A DNA stretch of 64,000 bases from NCBI GenBank assembly GCA_964538815.1, contig CAZIHL010000001.1:1070-65069 (forward strand), written 5' to 3'. Source of the stretch: an uncultured Candidatus Saccharibacteria bacterium. GTDB lineage: Bacteria > Patescibacteriota > Minisyncoccia > Phycocordibacterales > UBA5272. A program made the translations under genes and the position numbers. Under the pieces are notes generated by a model. It searched no databases. It saw nothing but the letters and a program-made list of their open reading frames with translations, and was not told the DNA's origin. Shown one piece after another: positions 1 to 8,974 of the stretch (its first letter is position 1; every line of letters begins with the position of its first letter).

Positions 1-61
1 AAAGAAAATAACAAGATAAAAGCCAAATTAAAAATCCTAATATAAAAAGTGAGGTGAACAT
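1..61 (-). CDS. Partial CDS, N-terminus of a membrane protein (runs off window start)
   Basis: ATG at 61-59 reads MFTSLFILGFLIWLLSCYFL (hydrophobic). Extended -10 TGTTAAAAT on the minus strand at 77-85. Confidence 0.5.
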   Translation of the reverse strand, partial: MFTSLFILGFLIWLLSCYFL

Positions 62-160
62 AAATTGTTTATTTGTATTTTAACATAATGGAGTTATTTC
101 TTATTTTGAAGTAAAAATATGTTGTATAATATATAAATATAATAATAAGTCAGCTTTTAT

Positions 161-3100
161 ATGAAAAGTAAAAATAATAGCAAAGATATATCATTGAGAG
201 ATTTTTTACTTTCTTTTACTAAAAAGAAAAAAATCGATTATGTAAATCATATAAAAGTCTTTAAAAAAGACCCTAAGTTCAAGCCTTTTAGAGCATTACT
301 TTTAATTTGGATCATTTTTACTTTATCTGTCGGTTCTACAGGTTTATTTACTTTTCTGAATATAAATAATGCACATTCACAAATAGAATTTAAAATGAAA
401 ACAGGTTATTATCAAGGAACTGGTAAAACATTATCTATTTCTGGATTTGGCTTTTCTCCACAAATGATAATCATAAAAGCTGATACAGCAGCGGGGTCTG
501 CTATCTGGAAATCAATTTCTATGCCAGAAGGAGAATATGCTTATTATGGAAATGCAACAGCGAATGTTTCAGAAAATCAACTTTCATTAGATTCAGATGG
601 TTTTACTGTACAAGTAAATCCTGATGTAAATTCATTGAATGTTCGTTATACTTATATAGCATTTTCTGGAAATGATTGTTCTAGTAACGGTATTATGTGT
701 ATAGGTAGTTATCTCGGAGATGGTTCCACGGATAAAAGTATAAATAATGTAGGATTTCAACCAGATCTCGTTTGGGTAAAAAGATCAGGTGCAGCGGCTG
801 GTAATTTTAGGACTTCGGCTATGACTGGATTAAACTCTTCATATTTGTCTGGAGTTGCAGATAATAATACAGGACTTCTTATAAAATCACTAGACATAAA
901 TGGTTTTACCGTTGGAGTATCAAACAACACAAATGGTGGTAAATTTTATTATGCGGCATTTAAAAAAGCTTTAAATGTTTTAGATGTTGGTCAATATGCA
1001 GGAAATGGTGTGGACGGTAGATTTATAAATACAGTAAATATTCCAAGTAAAGCTCCTTCTTTTGTATTAGTTAAACAAAATGGAACGAACCCTGCAGCCT
1101 TTAATATACCAGAAGATTATGGAGATTTTTCTGCGGCCACATCCTTAACAGCAAATTTTTCTAGCGGCATAAAAGAGTTAAAGAATAATGGTTTTAATGT
1201 AGGTACTTCATTTTTTACAAATGGTTCTGGAAATGGTTATCAATATTTTGCTTTTGCAGAAAATACTTCTCAATCAACAAATGGTTCTTTTACTATGCAA
1301 TTTGGTTCTTATGTTGGTAATGGGACCTCTCAAATTATAAATAATATTGGCTTTACACCAGATCTTGTATTTATAAAATCTTACTCTACTAATGACTATG
1401 CTATTTGGAGTACTAGATTAAATAATAATATGTCTTATTATTTTGGTCTGTCTTCAGCGGGAATACCTAATGCTATAACAGATATGTCTAATAATAGTTT
1501 TTCTGTTGGGAATAATAGCGTCGCCAATGCAAATGGTGTAACATACGAGTACATAGTTTTTGGTAACGCCACTAATCCTATAGATGGAAATAAAGCATCT
1601 GATTTTGTTATTGGAGCATATACTGGAAATGGATTAAATAGACAAATTAATAAATTAAATATAAAACCAGATCTATTGGTTTTAAAACAAACAGGAAATA
1701 CCATATCTGCTTGGTCTAGTTCTAATATGCCAAATAACACAACAGCATATTTTTCTGCATCAGCAGATAGTGTAGGAGGAGGTATAATATCTAGTTTAGA
1801 TACTGATGGATTTAGTATAGGAAATTCTTCAACTGTAAATACTTCTGGGCAATTATATAATTTTTTTATATTCAAAAAAGGGTCTGGTAATTTTGATGTG
1901 GGTAATTTTATTGGTAACGGTGCAATTCAAGATATAACAAATATAACACCTACAACCACTCAAATAGATTTTCAACCAGATTATGTCTGGATAAAGCATG
2001 ATGGAGCTCAAAGAGCTGTGCATACTGTAAATGATCCAAATCTGGGACTTGATACTTTACATTTTACAAATAATGCAAAATTTTCAAATGGAATCACAGC
2101 AATGCTTCCAAATGGTTTTACTGTAAATAACACTGCATTTGTAAATACATTAAATCAAAATTACAGATTCGTATTATGGAAAGCTTCTACACCTACAACT
2201 TCTCCTGATATGCCAGTTGGTATATCACCAACTAATACCAATATTAATTTAAACCCAACGCTAATTGGTTCAAATTATTCTAATCCTAATCCACATTTAA
2301 GTACTATTTGGGAAGTTTCTACTGATCAAAATTTTAATAATATAGTTTGGACGAGAACGTCCACTAGCTCAGAAATAACTACAATTATAAATTCTTCTAA
2401 CGGTATATTTTTAAATGACTTATCAGGAGAAGAAAAGCTAAAACATGATACAGAATATTTTATGAGATTAAAATACTCTAATGGTATTTATTCTGATTGG
2501 TCCATACCAATATCCTTTAAGACTAATAAAATTGATAAACTAACTAATATAACACCCTTAGATACTGAGGTTATAAATACATTAACACCAACTTTTACAA
2601 CTTCTAATTTTAACGATGGAGAAATAGGGCATACCGCATCTTCTTCAAGGTTACAAATAAGCACAAGTATAGATTTTTCTAAGGTTGTTTATGATACAAA
2701 TATAATTCCATATACAAATTCATTTACTATACCCAAAGCAGTTCTTTCTGATCAGACAGTGTATTATTGGAGAGCTCAATATATGGACTCGGATAATAAG
2801 TGGTCAGAATATTCTACTCCAACAAGAATATTAATATCAAAAACAGCAGAACTTTCTGTAATGCCATTGTTTGGAAATACAGTAATAGATAAAAACGATA
2901 ATGTAAACATAGATACTCAAATAAAATCTTCCGATGGACTTCCAGTGAATAATGCGAATGTGACTATAAATATATATAATCCATTAGGAACAAAAATAGT
3001 TTCAGATGCCTTAATGAATTATATAGCATCATCAAAAGGTATATATAGATATAATTACACAATACCAAATTCTACAGGAAGTTATCTTTATGAGATTTCT

Positions 3101-6100
3101 GTATCTACAAGTACATATACTGGTTTCGGGGCTGCTAATTTTGAAGTAAGAAGTTTACAACAAGACATAACTTCTGTAAAAAATATATCCACTTCTGAAC
3201 AGATAGCTCAAACTAATTCTAGAAATGAAATAAATAATATAAAGACGCAATTAAAAGCTGGAATATTGGACGCACCAAAAACTTCTAAATTAGGTAATTC
3301 TGTTACTATAAAATATAGAGCACAGAGTGGTTTATATGGAATAAATTCTCCAAAATTAAATTTATATGACGCTTCTAATGTGCAAAGAATAGTAAATGCT
3401 AATATGGTAGAAATAGGTACAACTGGCGTTTATACTTATGACTTTTTATTACAGCCAAATTGGGGCACTGGTTTTTTCACAATTTTAGCATCAGAAGATA
3501 CAAATAATACTTCTGATAACACTCAACTTTTTGTTGGTAATAATGATATAGATTCTTTAGCTAATTCAGTTTCTACAATTTCTACAAAAATAGACAATTT
3601 ACAAATGAATATGGATATATTAATAGGGGCAATGATTGTTACACAATCAAGTGTGGATGACATATCTCCTACAAACGATTCTTTTATAACAACACTTACT
3701 AATACTACTGATGATTTTTATAAAAATGCAGTTCTTACTTTTACATCTGGAGTTTTGAATGGTCAATCAAGAAGAATATCTTCATATTCTGGCTCTACTA
3801 AAAAAATAATATTATATCCTTTCCTAACTTCTGTACCTACTTCTGGCGACAACTTTACAATAGTTAAACAAAATGTAGCGGTAGAAGAACAATTACAATC
3901 ACACGATAATTTAGAATCTAATTTTAGATCTGATATTACAAATAGACTTACAAATTTACAAACATCAGTTGATAATATATATTCTTTGTTGCAAACAGTT
4001 GATACGAATTTGGATAATATAACAAATAGTATAAATAATATAAGAACTTCTCAAACAAAAAATTATAAAGTGAAACTATCGGATGTTTCTCAAGTACAAG
4101 CTGGACAAGTATATAGAACAAAATTAACTATTTTAGATTATGAATCAAATCCTGTAGATTCTCCTTCTTTACCAGCAGTATTCATATACGATTCAGCAAG
4201 AAATCTAATAGTAAATTCTTCTTCTATGACTAGATTATCAAAAGGAGTATATGAATATACGATAAATATACCCGCCTCAGCTATTAATGGTTTATGGGAG
4301 ACTGTAGTAGATACAAATCTCGGTGGTTCTGATAATCTGTCAACTAATGATTATTGGCAAGTAACAGGTGCTCCAGCTCAAGTTTTGATAAATTCCATGT
4401 CAAACTTAACAGTGCCTAATATTGGAGCAAATATAACAATAACAAATGAAGGCGGCGCTCCTTTTGAATATCAATATGAATGGTGCGTAGTAGAGACTCA
4501 ATCAAATCAATGTGGAGGTGATGATGATATTTATTATGCTTCAGCAGCGAAACTTATTCAAAATGGAGATAGTTTTAATACCACACTTACTGCAAATGTT
4601 AATAATCCTGGTAATTATATCTTTAAACTATTAGTATATTATGGAACAGAATCCTCAGCATCTTCTAGGACTTTTACAGCGATATCTGGCAATAATAATC
4701 CTATTAATACTCAAAATAATTCATTCGGAAATTATTATTCAGGTAGTAGTAATTTAGCTTCTCATGATAATATTTATAATGAATTAATAAAAGCAAAAAA
4801 TCAATTAGATTTAAATGCACAAAAACTTTCTAGAGTTCTAGATCAGTTAGGTGTTATGAATCCATCTTTACAGTCTTTATTAACTATTAATACAGACAAT
4901 CTAAAAGAATTAAAAGATATACAAAACAAAGTATCAGATTTAAGAGCTGTGTCTGTGACTACCAGAAAAATAGTAGAGCAAAAATCTACAGAACCAATAG
5001 TTGAGACTTATATGAAGTTTAATTCTGTAGAAATACATTTTTTAATTACAAATCCTTCCGAAAGTCCTAAAACTTTAAAATTTAAGGCTTATTTACCTGA
5101 AGAGGCAAAGCCAGAATATATAATGGATCTAAATGGTCTAAATTTAGATTATGATGCTAATGTTAAAACTTATTATGTTTATGGAGACATAACTTTAAAG
5201 GGTAAAGAGTCGATAACTAAGAAGATAGAAATGAAAGATATTTGGATTTTTGATGAGCAAGTAATAATAAATATTAAAAAACAAGCTAATGATCTTTTTT
5301 CTACATTAGATAAGACTCAATATCAGGCGCAAGGTTTAATATTAAAAAATAATATAGAAGAATATATTTTATCTATATTAAATACACAAGATAATAGTTA
5401 TTCTTCCCCACAAGAACATATAGTAGTCTATAGAGAAAATAAAGAAAAATTTGCTAGAGTAGAAAGTGAATTAAATAAACTTAAAGATTTAGTAGTCCAA
5501 GCTGGGACAGCGCAAAACATGGTAGGTAAAGTAGGCGGTATTCAGACATTTGCAACTTGGGGCATTATACTTGCTATAGTGTTTGGTTTTGCCATAATGG
5601 CAGCTATTATATTTGCTATGTGGAGACATCAAATTGCTTTCATTTCAGAAATGAAAGATGTTCCACAAAGTAAAATTTACAATCATACCAAAACAAAAGA
5701 AGACCATATTGAAAGATACGGTATTATTAATAGGCGTAATAGGCAAATAAATATAAGAACTATTATAAGAAATATAATATTATTTTCTTTAATATTAGGA
5801 TCTAGTTTATTATTTTATTCTAAATATACATATATTTTTAATAAAATATTTAAATCTTCCACTACAAATAATGATGACTTAAATCATATTTATACAACAA
5901 ATAGTACTCAAAAAGATAAAAATGTTTTATCTAATAATGATGAATCAATATCAACAATATCTACAACAACACAGAATATAGAAAATAATAGTATTAATTT
6001 AACAAAACAATTGTCTTCCTCATCTTCGATTTCAGAAGCTATCTCGACCAATATGCCTAAATTAAAAATTATAAATACTCCGACAGGTTGGCTTAATGTT

Positions 6101-6256
6101 AGAAAAGAGGCAGCTATTGATAGTGAAATTCTTTTAAAAATTTATCCAAAAGATGAGTTTTATTTTAAGGAGAAATTGAATGGTTGGTATATGATTATAT
6201 TAAAGAATAATAGTGTTGGATGGGTAAATGAAAAATATGTAGAAGTAATTAAATAA
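161..6256 (+). CDS. Giant multi-domain surface/adhesin-like protein (2031 aa)
   Basis: N-terminal TM/signal; six ~100-aa repeats with G-x-Y-x-G-N-G...G-F-x-P-D-L-V-x-x-K; two Fn3-like units (ending YSDWS and WSEYS); three Ig-like units alternating with coiled coils; two C-terminal TM helices; terminal SH3b-like domain (GWLNVR...GWV). Confidence 0.8.
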   Translation: MKSKNNSKDISLRDFLLSFTKKKKIDYVNHIKVFKKDPKFKPFRALLLIWIIFTLSVGSTGLFTFLNINNAHSQIEFKMKTGYYQGTGKTLSISGFGFSPQMIIIKADTAAGSAIWKSISMPEGEYAYYGNATANVSENQLSLDSDGFTVQVNPDVNSLNVRYTYIAFSGNDCSSNGIMCIGSYLGDGSTDKSINNVGFQPDLVWVKRSGAAAGNFRTSAMTGLNSSYLSGVADNNTGLLIKSLDINGFTVGVSNNTNGGKFYYAAFKKALNVLDVGQYAGNGVDGRFINTVNIPSKAPSFVLVKQNGTNPAAFNIPEDYGDFSAATSLTANFSSGIKELKNNGFNVGTSFFTNGSGNGYQYFAFAENTSQSTNGSFTMQFGSYVGNGTSQIINNIGFTPDLVFIKSYSTNDYAIWSTRLNNNMSYYFGLSSAGIPNAITDMSNNSFSVGNNSVANANGVTYEYIVFGNATNPIDGNKASDFVIGAYTGNGLNRQINKLNIKPDLLVLKQTGNTISAWSSSNMPNNTTAYFSASADSVGGGIISSLDTDGFSIGNSSTVNTSGQLYNFFIFKKGSGNFDVGNFIGNGAIQDITNITPTTTQIDFQPDYVWIKHDGAQRAVHTVNDPNLGLDTLHFTNNAKFSNGITAMLPNGFTVNNTAFVNTLNQNYRFVLWKASTPTTSPDMPVGISPTNTNINLNPTLIGSNYSNPNPHLSTIWEVSTDQNFNNIVWTRTSTSSEITTIINSSNGIFLNDLSGEEKLKHDTEYFMRLKYSNGIYSDWSIPISFKTNKIDKLTNITPLDTEVINTLTPTFTTSNFNDGEIGHTASSSRLQISTSIDFSKVVYDTNIIPYTNSFTIPKAVLSDQTVYYWRAQYMDSDNKWSEYSTPTRILISKTAELSVMPLFGNTVIDKNDNVNIDTQIKSSDGLPVNNANVTINIYNPLGTKIVSDALMNYIASSKGIYRYNYTIPNSTGSYLYEISVSTSTYTGFGAANFEVRSLQQDITSVKNISTSEQIAQTNSRNEINNIKTQLKAGILDAPKTSKLGNSVTIKYRAQSGLYGINSPKLNLYDASNVQRIVNANMVEIGTTGVYTYDFLLQPNWGTGFFTILASEDTNNTSDNTQLFVGNNDIDSLANSVSTISTKIDNLQMNMDILIGAMIVTQSSVDDISPTNDSFITTLTNTTDDFYKNAVLTFTSGVLNGQSRRISSYSGSTKKIILYPFLTSVPTSGDNFTIVKQNVAVEEQLQSHDNLESNFRSDITNRLTNLQTSVDNIYSLLQTVDTNLDNITNSINNIRTSQTKNYKVKLSDVSQVQAGQVYRTKLTILDYESNPVDSPSLPAVFIYDSARNLIVNSSSMTRLSKGVYEYTINIPASAINGLWETVVDTNLGGSDNLSTNDYWQVTGAPAQVLINSMSNLTVPNIGANITITNEGGAPFEYQYEWCVVETQSNQCGGDDDIYYASAAKLIQNGDSFNTTLTANVNNPGNYIFKLLVYYGTESSASSRTFTAISGNNNPINTQNNSFGNYYSGSSNLASHDNIYNELIKAKNQLDLNAQKLSRVLDQLGVMNPSLQSLLTINTDNLKELKDIQNKVSDLRAVSVTTRKIVEQKSTEPIVETYMKFNSVEIHFLITNPSESPKTLKFKAYLPEEAKPEYIMDLNGLNLDYDANVKTYYVYGDITLKGKESITKKIEMKDIWIFDEQVIINIKKQANDLFSTLDKTQYQAQGLILKNNIEEYILSILNTQDNSYSSPQEHIVVYRENKEKFARVESELNKLKDLVVQAGTAQNMVGKVGGIQTFATWGIILAIVFGFAIMAAIIFAMWRHQIAFISEMKDVPQSKIYNHTKTKEDHIERYGIINRRNRQINIRTIIRNIILFSLILGSSLLFYSKYTYIFNKIFKSSTTNNDDLNHIYTTNSTQKDKNVLSNNDESISTISTTTQNIENNSINLTKQLSSSSSISEAISTNMPKLKIINTPTGWLNVRKEAAIDSEILLKIYPKDEFYFKEKLNGWYMIILKNNSVGWVNEKYVEVIK

Positions 6257-6260
6257 AATT

Positions 6261-6692
6261 ATGCTATTCAAAGATATATTTAATAAAATATTTATATTAA
6301 CAATAGGGCTTATATTACCTATAATTCTTATTATTTTAGTAAAAATAGTGGGTTATTCTGAGATAGTGGAGGAATTAGCTAAAACATTAATAGTTTTATT
6401 TTTAATATTAAAGTTATCTTTATACAAAGATAAAATATTTTATAGTATATATTTTGCTATTCTTTTTGGGCTTTCAGAAAATATTTTTTATTTAAAAAAT
6501 ATTTTTGAACTTGGCAATTTAAATATTTTTTTTATGAGGTTTGTTTGGGTTATACCAATGCATATAGCTACAATGCTGATATTAACATTATCGGGGACTG
6601 TTAAAAGATGGTTTATTATAATAGGGTTTATATTAGCTATAATAGTTCATATATTGTTTAATAATATAATTGTAAATATTATAGTACATTAA
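6261..6692 (+). CDS. PrsW-family glutamic-type intramembrane protease (minimal)
   Basis: Motifs EELAK, FGLSEN, PMH and HILFN in a 143-aa hydrophobic protein. Confidence 0.8.
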   Translation: MLFKDIFNKIFILTIGLILPIILIILVKIVGYSEIVEELAKTLIVLFLILKLSLYKDKIFYSIYFAILFGLSENIFYLKNIFELGNLNIFFMRFVWVIPMHIATMLILTLSGTVKRWFIIIGFILAIIVHILFNNIIVNIIVH

Positions 6693-6781
6693 TCATTATT
6701 TTTATAACGTCTTGACAAGCCATATATTATTGTGATATAATAAATAGGTAAACAAATTCGTCCATTTTAAAACTTTTAATA

Positions 6782-7333
6782 TTGAGAAATATTAACATAA
6801 TCGTATATGCATGCGATTTTAATAAAGACTTGGGAACAGTAGGACATGAGACCAAAGAAAGGTTATCAAAAGCATTTACTATTATAAATAGTAAACCAGC
6901 TTTTTACAGAATTTTCTTTGGGGCAGGTACTGTGCCAGACACTGGATTTACTGGCAAAGAAAGTATGTCCAGGGATTTTGAGGACATACTAGAAGATGCT
7001 GGATACTTTAGAAATCCTTTTTTTAAAAATATTTTTACAAAAGGAGAAAATCAAGTAGAGGTTATTATTTCTGAAACTGAGGCTTGGGGGACATTCAGGG
7101 AAACAGAGTCTATTATGGATTCTCTGGACGAGCCTTTCGGAAAAGAAAAAGTGATAGCAATTTCCAGTAGCTATCACATTCCTAGAATTAAATTTATTTG
7201 GTGGTTTATGCCGAAAACGAATATTAAATTTGTTTCGGTACCGATGCCTTTTCCTTTGAAAGGGAAAATATTAGAACCACTAAGATACCTAAAAGTTTTA
7301 TTTTTGGGTATGAATAAATTGTTTGGGGTATAA
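6782..7333 (+). CDS. YdcF/SanA/ElyC (DUF218)-like protein
   Basis: RLSKA, AWGTFRE and SSSYHIPR motifs. TTG start. Own TTGACA-18-TATAAT promoter (6712-6741) and a hairpin terminator near 7343-7367. Confidence 0.65.
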   Translation: MRNINIIVYACDFNKDLGTVGHETKERLSKAFTIINSKPAFYRIFFGAGTVPDTGFTGKESMSRDFEDILEDAGYFRNPFFKNIFTKGENQVEVIISETEAWGTFRETESIMDSLDEPFGKEKVIAISSSYHIPRIKFIWWFMPKTNIKFVSVPMPFPLKGKILEPLRYLKVLFLGMNKLFGV

Positions 7334-7426
7334 AATTTATTACAAATAACCACTTCTGTGGTTATTTTTCATTTCTTAATATTTACAAAAATATTAAGAA
7401 TAATTTGGTATTATATATTTATAAAT

Positions 7427-8191
7427 ATGAAAAATTTTTTAATAACAATTTTGATTCTATTTTTAATAATTATTGCTGGATGGTTTGTATTTTGGCATTT
7501 AGGGGTAAAAATTAATGGCTATGGATTAAATAATGAAAATGCAGTATTAAATCAAGATAAAAATTCTATAGATATAAAAAATAATTCTTCATCTACTGTA
7601 GAAACAATTGGAAATACTTCTACAAATGCTGTAGTTATTAGACAAACAAAAGATCCTGCTACAGGAGAAAGAGTTCCAAGTAGATTTGCTTGTGTAGGAG
7701 AAGGTTGTGATGGAAGTATGTCGGGCGAAAATAATTTTACTGTCGTAAGAGTTCCTTTAATAAAAGATGGGGGAGATATTGGTTGCAATGCGGGTATATT
7801 TTATGCTCCTCATGTAGTACCAAAAACAAGTGCAGTGCTTGATGCTACATATAGAATGCTTTTTGATATTAAACATGATCCAGAAATAAAAGAAGATGGA
7901 TTTAGGAATACTGTCGCAGGAGCTACAAAGTTATTTTACGATCATGTGATTTTAAAAAATGGAGTTGCTAGAGTTTACCTTGCAGGACAAATGACAAGCC
8001 CGGGTACATGTGCTGATCCCGAAATGAAAGCTCAAATAGAAAGTGCAGTATTTCAATTTGATAATATTACAAAGCTTGAGGTGTACCTAAATGATAAAAT
8101 ATTTGATTGGTGTACTATGGATATGTCTGGTGGAGTGGAAGGAGCTTGTAAAACTGGAAATAAAAATTGGGTAGTTACAAAAGGGGAGTAA
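7427..8191 (+). CDS. Membrane-anchored protein with GerMN-like C-terminal domain
   Basis: Likely start ATG 7427 (MKNFLITIL..., TM). C-terminal GVARVYLAG...GTC...AQIE..VFQFDNITKLEVYLN pattern; several paired Cys. Confidence 0.6.
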   Translation: MKNFLITILILFLIIIAGWFVFWHLGVKINGYGLNNENAVLNQDKNSIDIKNNSSSTVETIGNTSTNAVVIRQTKDPATGERVPSRFACVGEGCDGSMSGENNFTVVRVPLIKDGGDIGCNAGIFYAPHVVPKTSAVLDATYRMLFDIKHDPEIKEDGFRNTVAGATKLFYDHVILKNGVARVYLAGQMTSPGTCADPEMKAQIESAVFQFDNITKLEVYLNDKIFDWCTMDMSGGVEGACKTGNKNWVVTKGE

Positions 8192-8278
8192 ATTAGATAT
8201 AAAAAGAACGAATCTTTCCAAAAAGTATTTTTGATCCAAAAGAATAGTATTTTAAAAATAGTATTAAAAAGATATTTT

Positions 8279-8406
8279 TTAAGATTTATTTAAAAAATAT
8301 ATTCTTTTTTTCTCAGATAATCTTTCTATTGTATATCTTAAAAGAGTTCTTTAGTAGCTACTTTTAATATATGCTCTCGAATATTTTTCAAATTATCTTT
8401 ATTCAT
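8279..8406 (-). pseudogene. Remnant of a DNA alkylation repair (AlkD-like) gene with the middle deleted
   Basis: ATG overlapping the PAP2 stop gives MNKDNLKNIREHILKVATKE; after a frameshift the sequence reads RTLLRYTIERLSEKKRIYFLNKS*, resembling the AlkD-family C-terminus (RTMLRYAIEK). Confidence 0.55.
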
Positions 8407-8920
8407 GTTTGTGTATTTTTTTAAAGTCCTTTTTTAGTCTATATGTTTTAAATATCTTTAAATTTAGTGATATATAGAAAATATATATTGATATTAATAT
8501 AGAAGCTAATACATCGTAAGTATCATGTACTCTCAGATAAAGTCTGGCAGAAATTATAAAAATAAGCCAAAGCGTAGCAAAAATCTTCAAGAATAGCTTA
8601 TGAGATTTCTTTTTATCAAATCTTGATATATAAAATAGTACAAGAAAAGTGACCATAGCTGCAGCCACATGGCCAGAAGGGAATGCATAACTATTTTCTG
8701 TTACCATCGCTAATAAACTTCTGGGTTTTTGAATAATAAATTTTAAAGCTATAACAATACCCATCGTTATAGAGTAGTTAAAAAGTATAAACATAGAGAG
8801 TCTCTTTTCTTTTTTATAAAAGTAGACAATTAAACAAACTAAAGTTGTAGCTATAACCATCATTTTTTCTCCGCCAAGCATAGATATAGCATTAAAAAAG
8901 TCGAAAAGGTATTGATTCAT
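8399..8920 (-). CDS. PAP2-family phosphatase
   Basis: Motifs KFIIQKPR, FPSGH and SARLYLRVHDTYD; several TM segments. Confidence 0.9.
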   Translation of the reverse strand: MNQYLFDFFNAISMLGGEKMMVIATTLVCLIVYFYKKEKRLSMFILFNYSITMGIVIALKFIIQKPRSLLAMVTENSYAFPSGHVAAAMVTFLVLFYISRFDKKKSHKLFLKIFATLWLIFIISARLYLRVHDTYDVLASILISIYIFYISLNLKIFKTYRLKKDFKKIHKHE

Positions 8921-8974
8921 GAAGTTTCCAAATTTATATAAGATGCTATAATTATACCATTATAAAAAGACAAT

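Noticed and set aside
389-2190. CRISPR array or DGR-type nucleotide repeats
   Set aside because: The repeats are recognisable only at protein level and are highly diverged in DNA. No repeat-spacer array, cas gene or reverse transcriptase is present in the window.
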